The translations under genes and the position numbers were made by a program. Positions 1-11,445 of a DNA stretch of 64,000 nt are shown piece after piece. The stretch is from Botryllus schlosseri. Taxonomy: Eukaryota. The stretch lies in the NCBI GenBank assembly GCA_051294905.1, contig CM119371.1, positions 7,194,001-7,258,000 on the forward strand, in the 5' to 3' direction. The notes beneath the pieces were generated by a model. It did no database searches, was not told the DNA's origin, and saw only the letters and a list, made by a program, of their open reading frames with translations. Within the stretch, counting starts at the first letter, position 1. Each line of letters opens with the position of its first letter.

Positions 1-608
1 CTGTAATTAGAACTAGTCTGGACCGTCGAAGTAACTCGATTAGTAGTTTGTAAAGGTCTGCAGCTTGGACATGAATAAATATAAAGTTTCTGACATTCGA
101 TATTTTCAATTCATCAAGCTATATCAATCATAATTGCATTGAAAATTGTGCATTTTTTTCAATGCAGCAGTAATTTGTCAAGTGTAAACTGCAATAGTAA
201 CCAGTAATTTTGTGGAAATATACTTCATTAATTGTACCACAGTGCATGATCTTGCCGGCAGATTTAGTCGACGCAGCCCATCATATATTTAGTTCCTTAG
301 GCCTACTCAATATAGACATGGTCAATGATTTTGATGACTTGTAGCCTACAATTGTTTCCACAATGGTTATAAGGCCAATATTTGGAGTTTGTACCTACTG
401 CTTACTGTAAGCGGTGTAAGTTTTACACTTCCCATAATTCAGTATGAAATATCCAACAGCACTCAATGACTCAATGCATGGAAATTTCAAATACGTGAGA
501 AATATCTCTTCCTTGTTTGAGCCACATGCGATATATGCTCCAAGCTATTCACTCTTCAAAAGGTATACTCACAACAGTGTGTGTTTCCAAACGAAGCTTA
601 GGTTACAA

Positions 609-1091
609 TTTCGCTTTTATAGTTTTGACTTTAGTCATTTTCAATTCACCACTGAGTCAATTCCGAGTATAAGTCAGTGCGTAGAGGGTCGTGTCTGAGT
701 CAGCGTGTTGTGACTCGAGTCCAAGTCATAGTGTTCACTGTTCCGTTTTGAGTTCAATCAGGTTCAACCCACTCTGCTAGAGTGAAATGGAATGGCTCGC
801 ATTCACAATATTGTAATTTTCCTCAGTAATCAGTTTTTGGCCCTATTTTGGAGGTGTGGGGACTAATAGACAAAATAACTTGGTGACTTTACTGTTCTTC
901 AAAGTTAAAATGAAATGTCTGTCATGCCGTCCTAGTTTCGAGTCATATGACTTTGCTCGAGTCGTGCACAATGATTCAAGTAGGCCTACAAGACGAGTCA
1001 ATGCAAAATACGCATTTGAAAAAATGATTCGGGTCAAGTCGAGTCACCAATATATGGTGACTCAAGTCGGACTCGAGTCATTACAACTCTG
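609..1091 (-). mobile_element. hAT-type MITE with GACTCGAGTC subterminal repeats, one end truncated
   Basis: TSD ggttacaa at 601-608 and 1092-1099; inverted homolog of 5161-5716; absent from copy B near 28215. Confidence 0.8.
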
Positions 1092-1864
1092 GGTTACAAG
1101 TTTATATGCTCATCTTATTGTGTGAGAATCTTGCATAAACAATATGTAACTAAGTAGGCTTATAAAATTGGACGAAGTTTTTGTTTAACTTGTTCTTTTT
1201 ATTGTTTTTGACAAATTAAGTCATTAATTTTTTTGTTATCCATGAACAGGATACCAAATTTGTATGCATTCTTGAACTAAACCATTTAGAGTCTGTTTAG
1301 ATGAGGCGACTATCGGCAACTTGTTATATACCACTTCTGTTGGCATATGGCCAGGCTTGAACAACATGGCATATACAATTATACATTCATTGATTTTTCT
1401 TTTCATTACCAGTCTTCATTTTGTTACAGTGGATTGCTATCAGAAAATCATAATTTACGGCATATAATTTAGTAGTCTGGTCGTCATATGTGAAATGGCT
1501 TCGATGATGAAAGAATTTTGCATGACAATCCCAACCGATATCGATCAGTTGGAATCTGTCATGCATCAATGTCTGACAATTCTGTCCAGGAGTTAAAAGT
1601 GAGTAATTCTGATTTTTTTTACAAAATCAATGATTTCGGATTCGATTATTTGCCGTCAAGGCTATGGTGCGGTGTTTCGAAATGATTCAATTATTCACAT
1701 TATACTCAACACATTACGTGACTGTAAAGTTCGAATTTTAAATCGTTTCTAACCCGATTTATCATTTCTTTATCATCATAGGCATGGATTTTCGTTCGAT
1801 CTCAGTGAAGCAAGTTGCAACTTTCAAGCAAGTTTACCAATTGTCATTCGAGGTGAGTTTTATC

Positions 1865-2694
1865 CAGTGTTGGGATCAGGTCACTACCTTCGAGTCACGA
1901 GTCATTTCGAGTCATTGTACATTTTGACTCGAGTCAAGTCAAATCAATAGATTTTCTGAGGTGACTCGAGTCAAGTCACTCGATTTTTGTAGGTGAGTCG
2001 AGTCAAGTCAAGTCACAATTCAAGTCAAGTTGCCTTATTCGAAGTATGAGGCATGATTACGTCGTTGCATTTTGCTGGCTGTCTGAAATACAGATTGAGT
2101 GGTCATTGATTTTGAACCGATGAACGAATATAGAGTTGAATATACACGCATGAAAGCGCTGTATCGCTCACATATACGTAGAACTGCTAATTGCATAGCC
2201 TCAGTTCATATGATACATTTCGAGCCTGCGTCAATGATTGAGGACTATATAAACTATATTCGAATTCAATTTCAATAAAACAAGAGGTTTGTTTAAGGTA
2301 AGAACAGAGAACAGAAATAGACATTTTGCCAAATTACTTTACTACACTAGTTTACGACAATGTTAGATGTAAGCTTCCATCAATTCGTTTGAGCTCAGTT
2401 TATTTGTGAGAGAACGATGGAGGCTCAGTAAAACGCACGATCATTAAATGATTGGTCGCTCTCGCGGGTTACAGCAGCGTTTCGTGAACAATCCGACATA
2501 CGTGAGATACAGTGATTTTTATCAACACCTATTGATGACTTGAAATTGACTCGTGAATTTTGCTCCGAGTCACGAGTCAATCCTCATTTCTGATACGCCG
2601 AGTCAAGTCAAGTCATTTTAGAAAGGTGACTCGAGTCAAGTCAAGTCATACGAAAAAGGTTACTCAAGTCATGACTCGAGTCATCCCAACACTG
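1865..2694 (+). mobile_element. hAT MITE (CAGTGTTGGGAT family, GACTCGAGTCAAGTC repeats)
   Basis: TIR cagtgttgggat..atcccaacactg; perfect 8-bp TSD gttttatc at 1857-1864 and 2695-2702; empty sites in copies B (about 31950) and C (about 53725). Confidence 0.95.
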
Positions 2695-3126
2695 GTTTTA
2701 TCTGGCTGTGTATTTTCAAACCACGATTAGGATGGACAGCGACATTCTATATTGAGCTAATAGCTGCCCTCACCCGTACTGCATGGTCTTGAAATCCCAT
2801 TGAAAAGCATTCATTCGTGCACGCCTTTGTATTCATTAGTAGCCCCCAAACCTGAAGACGGCATTGTCTTTACCTCTCATAGACATATTTGTACTGCCGT
2901 GAGAATAATTATTCTGGTCGTGATGAAAATTTACCGTATACCCAAAAGAGCCATATATGGTTCGCGAGCCATAGGTTCTCGACCACTGCTGTAGACACAA
3001 ACATATTTTCTACGCCAAATGAAAGCATTTTCTGACATTATTTTGCTCTATTCAGTTTGAGGTGGCTGGCGAAACCACTGTTTAATTTTACTGTTCATGT
3101 CTATTTTATCAGCTGTGTAATTAATG

Positions 3127-3515
3127 TGGGATTACCATATTTTGGAATCTTCGGGTAAGGAGGACACTTTTTCAAACTTAGAATGCCGGAGGAAAATCTT
3201 TGAAGATGGTAAATTTTTCCCACTTTGTGGTCCGTTGACTAAAAAAAGGTCAACTTTCTCGCTCAGCGCCCAAAATACTGTGTTTTCCTTCACTTTATCA
3301 GGTGGTTGACTAAAAAAAACGTCAACTTTCGCTCAGCTCCCGAAATACCCTCCTGAGCGTTAGTTCACTGCTATTTTATGGTATCTCGGTCGAATTTTGC
3401 CTATGTTTGACCAAAATTCTTAAAAAAGAGGACTAAATCTCAAAAAGGAGGACATTTAGGCATCCTCGGAGGACATTTTCAAAAAGCCGAAAAAGGAGGA
3501 TGTATGGTAACCCTA
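3127..3515. mobile_element. hAT MITE (Blackjack-like, TAGGGTTACCATA ends)
   Basis: Imperfect TIRs; perfect TSD aattaatg at 3119-3126 and 3516-3523. Confidence 0.85.
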
Positions 3516-3926
3516 AATTAATGAGATTTTCTTTCAGGCTTTGTCACCTGCCAAAAGACAAGATCTCGATATCAAGATTTCCAGCAATCGTGGTTACTAC
3601 GGGTGAGTTTCTGTTTAATTTTGTAGCATATCCAGAATTGGTGACAATGTAGAAATATATAGCAAACATTCTGACCACTATGTAGACAATGTCAGTTTTA
3701 AATGAATCAAGTGGAATCCCATGGATTTTCATATCAACATGTTACTTCATTAACATCAACGCACCATATATTTACACCCTTCATCCAGCATTTACTCATT
3801 CCAAGCTGACCAAGAAGTCATGCAATAAATATGGCTCACTGATTTACAGTAAATTCAGATGGGGGTAAAGTCTTTTTAGTTGTCGCGAAATAGCCATGAA
3901 AATTAACTATCTGTGATTGCATGCAT

Positions 3927-4485
3927 TACGGTTTTTCAAAAATAACTTTTTTTCTGTATCCCAGGGATTCACTGATTAAAATGTTAGGTTATGTAAGGAA
4001 ACACTGTACGCTCAATTTGGCTCAATTCATACCAGTAAAAGCCGACGCGGAGTTCATTGAAATTTATTATGTATTAGAAAAAATTGATTTTTTTTGCTGT
4101 AAACCTCATAAGATTGTTGAGTTGTCTACGAAAACGCTGCAAAACAAATTTGACGCAATTCCAACCCGTAAAAGAGACGTTAATTGAGTTTTTCATTAAT
4201 TCTGGCATTAGGGCTTACCCACCATCGATGCTATTTTTGCAAATCCAAAACTTTAAACTGCATTTACTTCGCTTCTACCAGTTTGAATTGACCAAAATTT
4301 GTTATGCATTGTTCTTTAAGGCAACTTGACAATTTCATGGCGTTGACTAAAATTCGATTTGGCTCTACGTCGGCTTTCACTGGTTGGAATCGAGCCAAAT
4401 TGGTGTGGAGCGTTTTTAAGCAACGTAACAATATAATCACTGTATCATCGGAATTCGAATAAAAAGTTATTTCTGAACAACCTTA
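3927..4485. mobile_element. Long-TIR non-autonomous DNA transposon (GGGTTGTxxxAAATAAC family)
   Basis: Inverted ends and palindromic interior; orthologous copy at about 52250-52755, so it predates the duplication; related to 32194-33821. Confidence 0.7.
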
Positions 4486-4514
4486 TTCCGCATGCATGAT
4501 CAGATGGTGTGAAA

Positions 4515-4796
4515 GAGTGGTGAGATAGCGCAGTGTTATATTCCGCGGCTGCAACACTGATGGGTTGCGGGTTCAAGTCCAACCGAGGTCGACTTCAGAA
4601 TTCCTACCCAAGTGCTGGAGGTTTATGTAGGCTTGCTCCTCCCCATCTCATCTGCGTAAGCGGTGTCTTTTAAAAAGCCCAGAATTGGGCCGTGCTATAA
4701 GTCGGCAGTTTCGGAATAAACATGAAGAATATCGGCCTAGTGTAAATGACTATGGTAGTCGACAAACACCATGTATACCTCAAAACAAACAAACAA
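4515..4796 (+). mobile_element. tRNA-derived SINE with (CAAA)n tail
   Basis: A box tagcgcagtg, B box ggttcaagtcc, aaacaaacaaacaa tail; TSD ggtgtgaaa at 4506-4514 and 4797-4805; second copy 21622-22230. Confidence 0.85.
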
Positions 4797-4805
4797 GGTG
4801 TGAAA

Positions 4806-6109
4806 CGTAATTTTCCATGTATAATGCGCAAAATTTTACCGATTTTTTGCCTTCAAATACGGGGGTGCGTATTATATATGGGTACAGCAAGCCTTGAAAA
4901 GAATCTCCCTTGATCAAAAACTTGAAATCACACCTTTCTTCGTGTTTGTTTCCAATCGCGCATCACCTCTAGCTACCGTGCCCCGTAACTAGTTTTATAG
5001 AGTGTAACGCGCTGCCAAATAGAGAAGCGTGTTGCCAATTAACGAGAGTCTTCTGCACAGCTCGCGAGTTAGTTTGCCGTTGGTACGCGAGCGAAATTAG
5101 GTCGCTGATTGCTAGAAGCGTGCGCGGCAATCCTTGCTGGTTCATCGCGTCAACGACAGGCAGGGTTGTCATGACTCGACTCGAGTCACGATTTTCTGAT
5201 GACTCGACTTGTCTCGAGTCATTTTCTCAAAATACGGTAATGACTCGACTCGATTCGAGTCAGTCTGTGTTTTGACTCAACTTGGACTCGAGTCATTGCG
5301 CATGACTCGAACCAAGTCATATGATTCGAGACTCAGACGGCCAAGACTAAGATTTCATTTTGTGATTTCGAAGAATAGTAACCACCCTATAAGGACTTCG
5401 TCTATTGGTAGTGGTACTTGAAAAGGCGACCAGAAACTGTTAAAAGTGAGGAAAATTAGTATAAAATAAACGCGAACCATTTGATATCACCAAACAAGAG
5501 TTGTAAAAGTGGGTTTAACAAGACTTCAACTGAAAACTGAGCAATCAACACAATGACTTGGACTCGGACTCGAGTCATAATACCATGACTCGGACTCGAA
5601 CCTCTGCTTGATGACTTGGACTCGGACTTGACTCGATGGTGAATTGAAAATGACTCGACTTGACTCGAGTTAAAACTATAAAAGTGAGATTGACTTGTGA
5701 CTTGGTTACAACCCGGGCGACAGGCCTTAACAATTGCTCACACAAGAGGCTATGTGCGCACGATATAATCACTTGCGTAATCAGTCGCATCTCCAACAGG
5801 ACTGGTGCGCCCGACATAACCGTCAGACGCCTGAACTATCGCGTCGCCGGCCTCGCAGGCTTTGGCTTACTATCTACTTTCGTTTAGAGACAATGCCGTT
5901 AATTGTATTATGATTAGCGATCGTTTTCTAATGATTGTTCGACAGTGACATCGCAAAACAGAACAACATCATGTACTAAAACACAACTATTCATGTACTG
6001 CGAATGTAGGGTGCGTACTATACATGGGTACAGGCTTTTCCCCATAATTTACACGCCATTTTAAGGGTGCGTATTATCCATGGGGCGCACTATATTCGGA
6101 AAATAACGG
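4806..6109. mobile_element. Tc1/pogo (Tigger-like) MITE
   Basis: Ends cgtaattttccatgtataatgcgca..gcgcactatattcggaaaataacgg followed by TA; internal gggtgcgtattata repeats; related pieces at 20115-20560 and 14590-16320. Confidence 0.65.
5161..5716 (+). mobile_element. hAT MITE (CAGGGTTGT ends, GACTCGAGTC repeats)
   Basis: TIR cagggttgt..acaacccgg; TSD acgacagg/gcgacagg (7 of 8). Confidence 0.85.
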
Positions 6110-6668
6110 TAGTCAAGAAGGATACTCGACTAGAAGTAACGCTGAAAAATTCACTCAAATATGAATAGTAGTAGTGCTGTTCCAAGCAACCAAGAAGTAG
6201 CCTACTTCAGGTAGAAGTGGAATTTGCTGTCTTTGAAACTACTGAATTATGTAAGAAGTTTTGCAAATCCGTCATAAACACACTCTCGAAACCTGGAAAC
6301 TCACATGCTGACGGTGCAGAGTGCTGGGTTTCTGTTTCTACATCCCAAGAGATATCTATTTGAACAGCATCAGGATTCGGATGTATCCTATAATAGCCTA
6401 TAAAAGGACACTGTTTCTGTAGAACAGTGGTTCTTGGCTTCTTTTTCTCACCTGCGCTCCATTTTAGAGAATGCGGCGCTATGGCGACCTCTCTCGTATT
6501 ACCATGCCTGTAGTGAATAAGACAATGACCGATGTGGATAAGTTCTACCCGGAGACTACATTGATGTTTTGCCCTATTAGGTAGGAAGCTGAAATACGGC
6601 AGGTCGTATACTTTTAAACGTTTTGCTGAACCTTAGGCCTGTTTACTGTCATGAAACTGCCATATGGA

Positions 6669-6738
6669 CATGAACTTCACAAACACACAAACATGAACTT
6701 CACAAACACACAAACATGAACTTCACAAACACACAAAC
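6669..6738. repeat. 23-bp tandem repeat x3
   Basis: acatgaacttcacaaacacacaa three times; not expanded in copy B. Confidence 0.9.
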
Positions 6739-7740
6739 TTCAACATCAATTATATTGACCCAGACTTAAGTGGAAAGATATTGGTCACCCCATAACTTCG
6801 TGCAAGGCACGACAAAAAGTCTGGGCACTCCGCAACAGCAGCCCCTGAATTTCTCCGCCTTAGTCACTCTATCTCTCTTATCAGAAGAACATAACACTTC
6901 CTCTTGACAAACTGGAAATAGTGAAAAGTAGTCAAGTTACGAGATATGGCGGATTACAAGTAACAGTAGCGGAAATTTTACTTACTCTAGTAGGTCCTAC
7001 CAGTAGTGGGGAAATACTCGATTCTTGGAAAAAGTAGAAGTACTTTGTTGCTGACCACCACTGTGCAGACTTGAACAACTAGATATTTTTAGTTGTGTAA
7101 TTCTTATCTGATTTATGAAATATTTCTATGCTCTAATTTTATAACGTATCTATTTTCTGGCTTTCCTGAAATGGATCTAGACGAACTGTATCGCTTGAAT
7201 CGAGCCAAGAAACAGGAATTTGCCATTCTCATGATAAGGAACTCTGTGATTTAATATGAACTGAACTTCATTCAATGTGCAAGTTTTCGTAAATTCAATA
7301 ATTGTAATCTAATTTTTTCAAAACTTCTACTTCTAATGTAATTTAGAAGATGCTGCATATTTACAATTATGATTGTAATAGAGTCAGTGTCGCAATTTGC
7401 TTCGCGTTGCCCAAAAAACGGACACCTTTTATTCCAGTGTCACCCTTGCTCGGGAAGGATTTCCGTCACGCCACCCAATTGATAAAAGGTCGACCCAGTA
7501 GCTGGAAGTGAACCGCCAGAAAGTTTCCCAAGACCCACCATTGGTACGGATGCCTACAGGAAAAGTCGGTCGATCCCGATGTAAAAAGGTGGGTGACAAA
7601 TGTGGGTGAAGGTCGGGGTTGGAGGTCATTCGACATCGCTGTTTCAGGAGAAGAATAAAGTATTCATTGTTGGTACTCAAATGGAAGGATAAGTAGCGTC
7701 GTGTATTTCTACTCAAGTGCAAGTAGAAATTTCCAAATAG

Positions 7741-8523
7741 TACTACAGTACTACAGTACTACGAACCATCTACTTCTCTCTTTTCCACTCGCATCTGCAA
7801 TATGGAATCGTAGTATGGGGAAATGCATGTACAACATTTTTGTGCAGAATTCGAACCCTGCAAAACCGTGCGATACGGCTGATCTCATCTGTACCTTTAC
7901 GTACCAATTTATCGCCTTACTACCGTAAGCATCGAATTTTGCGAGTTGATGAACTGTATCGCTTCGAAGTATCAAAAGTTGTTCACAAATATTTTTCCAA
8001 TAGTCTCCCTCCTGTGTTTGATGACTTTTTCATACCTGCTAAACATGTCCATTCCCATTACACGAGATCTTCGTCTAAAGGAAACGTCTACTTACCCCAA
8101 CCCAATAGCAACCTAACTAAGAGATCTATCGACTACTCGGGACCTATCATCTGGAATGCATTACCATCACATATCCGTGAATTGCCTTATAATAGATTCA
8201 AAAAAGCCCTACTTGATCACCTCTTGTCGTTACACTAACACTGTTGCCCTACCTCGCCCAGACATTGCTTCATTGATCATTTGCTACCATTGTTTAATTT
8301 TTTTTCTATTTTCCTTTCGTAACTAAACATTTTTTTACAGCCAGACTGTTCTGAGTCAAGTGTACCTGTTTGATGCTGGTGTGATCAGACTAGATGACCT
8401 TCACGGTCTTATCGATCATTCCTATCTAATACCGAATACTGTGCACGCATATTTTCTGTACCACCATCACTGCCGTTTGTTATGTATTTTGGTTCGATGA
8501 AAATAAAGACTCTCTCTCTCTCT
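7741..8523 (+). mobile_element. 5'-truncated LINE (CR1/L2/Crack group): RT C-terminus, 3' UTR and (CT)n tail
   Basis: Open frame about 7756-8238 reading LRTIYFSLFHSHLQYGIVVWGNA..LQNRAIRLI..HYTRS..SIDYSGPIIWNALP..FKKAL; aataaa then ctctctct; absent from copy B near 43645. Confidence 0.9.
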
Positions 8524-9870
8524 ATAAGTAGAAAGTAAGGTATTATTGGCCTAGATTTGCCGGTAAAAACTGTAAGTGAAAGTAGTGTCAGGTCTTGTAG
8601 ATGCTTTTTTAAATCCCGGGATTTAAATAGAATTGATGCCGGAATCGCTATCAGAAATATACCTTAAAATCCCGGGATCCGAATGCTAATATTGACTGAC
8701 CCCATTCTATTTTTGCATATCGAGGAGGACTTGAACCGGCCCAGTCCTGCGCGACGTTCCAAAGCGAGTAAGGATGCGGCGGCTCAATCAAACGAAGAAT
8801 TTGTAAAATTCAAACGCAAGACCCCCTCCCTTGGTCACAGGTTGTCACGACGACGGAATCAGACACTGAAAAAATTTCAAATTTTTCGAGGGAGAACTCA
8901 TCACTTTGTCGACTCCTAGTGAGCGGGTGAAGCGCACTGCAGGCCCTAAGTAACAATCCAAGTCGGACCCCCAAATCAAACAATTGACCCAAAAAGGCAG
9001 ATACGGTCCAGACAGGCTTGGACAACTAGACAGATTTTGTTACAGAAGAACTGTATAGTTGGAAATGAGCCAAGCCTGTGATACATACATTTGCCATTTT
9101 CTTGCTCATGAGAACTATTATTTGATATGAACTGCTAGGCCTAAACCTGCCGTATTGCCGCCGCTTAAGAGAAGACTGAGGCCAAGTAACGGGTCATGGC
9201 ATATTTGCAAAATGAAGATTGGGCCACGGCTATGAAAAGGACAACAACCACTGCTTTTTGCAGATATGTTAACCTTGACTATTTCCAGAGCCAAAATACA
9301 CTCTTTCTTGACTTAGAAAAATATGTCATTTAGGTTGCACATTCTAATATTTACCATGTACAGAAGTTTTGACTCTTTCGCTTTCTAGTTACTATGGCTA
9401 GTTTGACATCTTCACTTTACCTCAGTGTTTTGAATAATATTGGGTTGTTATTTGCTGGACTTGAGGCTTTGGAAGAGCAGGTTTCTATAAATATATCAAC
9501 ACTAAATTTAAGACGCGACTGTGTTCAGGTTAGGATTGAATTTCATTGTCTCTCTGCCTCTGTCCTGTCTGTTGGTTACAACTGCGTAAGAGTAAATTCT
9601 CATCGTTTTCTACGAAATCAATCGGACATAATTGGGCTTATTCGTGCTACTGCTGTGTCGTATTATAATATGGATAATTGATATAAGGAAATTCGATCTA
9701 TTGGAACTTCAAGCAATATACTGTTTCTACTGTACTTCAAGATTGCATATATTTACATCGGGGAACCTGTTGGACTTTGCGGCGCTGTCCGAGTGTCCGT
9801 TGTGGGAAGACAGCTACATAGAATTGTGAAGGCATTTCAGCGACCGCAACAGTCAAACCATAGTGTTGTA

Positions 9871-10596
9871 TATGGTGTGGACACAGCGAGAGTGAACGGC
9901 TCGCTGCATTTGGGTTTCGTCATACTTTTTATTTGACCAAAGACAACTGTACGGCCATTTATGACCGGCTTGCCGAGTGCTAAATTCGATAAAACGGGCA
10001 TCAATGGAAAGCTGCTGCTGTACTGATTACGAAAATATAAATGTTATTCTGTTCATGGTCCTGGATCCCCTCGAAATCAGTCAAGTAATTTGCATTCTGA
10101 TCGAGTTTTGGCATTGTGACGCAACCATCCTGTCTGGCAAAACGAAAGTGAAGAGCCAGATAGTCCTGTTGGGTCACAATGACAAAACTCGATCGAAATT
10201 GAAATTTCTAGGCTCATTTTGGGGGTCCAGGACCCTGAACAGAATCATATTTATATTTTCGTAACCGCAACACAATGGCCATAACAATGACCCGTTGCGA
10301 CTCTCAGATTGTTCGAACAATGCCGATATTTCAGACTTGGAGGACAGATTCTAGGTGGATCAGTGCCTGATCATTATTTTAATTTATATTTTCGGAATCG
10401 GTACAACAGTAGCTTTCGATCAAGACCAGATTCAATAATTTCTGCGCTTGGGAAGATAGCTTTTGGATTGCCAGAAATCCTACAGTTGCTTTCGCTTTCA
10501 CTCCAGCCTCGGCAAAACGGAACGAAGCTGTAAAATCGGTCGTTGTCATTCCATGTTTATTTTCTATACATTTACTCTCGCTGTGTCCACACCATG
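9871..10596. mobile_element. Tc1/mariner-type MITE
   Basis: 22-bp TIR atggtgtggacacagcgagagt; TA on both flanks (9869-9870, 10597-10598); internal inverted repeats. Confidence 0.8.
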
Positions 10597-11445
10597 TAAT
10601 TTACAGCGTCGCTCCTCACTGACCCTGGCATGGAGATGTTCGGAGCGTTCCATCTGAATATAATCGATGTTTTTGTTTACAGCGACACCTACTGTCCGCG
10701 AGAGATGTAAACATAAGCAGTAGCCTTAGCAACAGTCGAAAGTTGATATTAGTCGGATTCAGAGGTGACACTTCTTGTGTCTTTATACTAGATTTAGTGC
10801 AGGGCAGCATAGGCGCCGAACGTAAATTTTCCTTAGGCATGCTAGTTCGATGACGTCACAAATGAATGACGTCATGATCCGACGAAATTGATAATTAGGG
10901 ATAATATAGCATCCATTTATGAGGGTTAAGTGCCTGCATAAATGCCGATTATGCAATATCTTCGTGTTTTGTGCGTATGATAAGCTTGTCAACGAGTCCG
11001 GAAGTGCTGTCAATTAGTGAGTCCCTGATCGCATGCGAACAATTAAATACGCCACTTTTCAACGCGTATTACGTAACCTCGGCGACGATTTGCGCAAGGC
11101 AAAATGTCCGAGTTGTTATGGAATCTGTTCTATAACGGCACCGATTTCAGGTTGTTCAAACCTTCCTCGTCTTTTACAACTCAAGCCTTGACAGTTGACA
11201 AACATCTTCTGAATGTTATGTTTAGGTATTAGCGGAATTCACTTACGCATGGGAATGGAATTGGTGGCAACAGGGGCGTAGCCGGCCCTGTGGATATAAA
11301 GCTGTATCAGCTGTATCACCCCGTGGATATAAAGCTGTATGAGCTGTATCACCCTGTGGATATGAAGCTGTATCAGCTGTACCACCCTGTGGATATAACG
11401 CTGTATCCACTGTATCACAGCTCTATCAGCTGTATCACTCTACCT

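Larger units (their letters stand above)
4501..7063. mobile_element. Old hAT MITE (CAGAGGTGGTCA / AGTAGAAGTA family) hosting younger insertions
   Basis: Degenerate ends cagatggtg..gaccaccactg; same element at about 33910-43017 and 51301-52235; family matches 26242-27538. Confidence 0.65.
1430..9000 (+). pseudogene. Decayed multi-exon gene of unknown family, copy A (exon-like blocks 1430-1598, 1782-1852, 3538-3602, 7438-7564, 8719 onward)
   Basis: Pyrimidine-tract/AG acceptors and GTGAGT-type donors at homologous positions in the copies; phases of the last four blocks are compatible; in-frame stops or broken acceptors in every copy. Confidence 0.5.
1..9660 (+). repeat. Duplication unit copy A (region downstream of a KLHL gene, interrupted by TEs)
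   Basis: Colinear similarity to 27660-44905 (+) and 48301-55200 (-), e.g. aaatatacttcatta..tgtaccacag at about 218 and 27844; caactttcaagcaagtttacc at about 1818, 31910 and reverse 53749. Confidence 0.9.

Noticed and set aside
1495..1596. Conserved 32-33 aa small ORF (MASMMKEFC.. / MALVMKEVY.. / MALVIKEVC..)
   Set aside because: Open in three copies but with many replacement changes; too short to separate from neutral retention, so treated as part of the relic exon
4515..4600. tRNA genes (also 31490-31560, 34985-35060, 22275-22305)
   Set aside because: A/B boxes run into SINE bodies or are fragments; no complete cloverleaf or terminator
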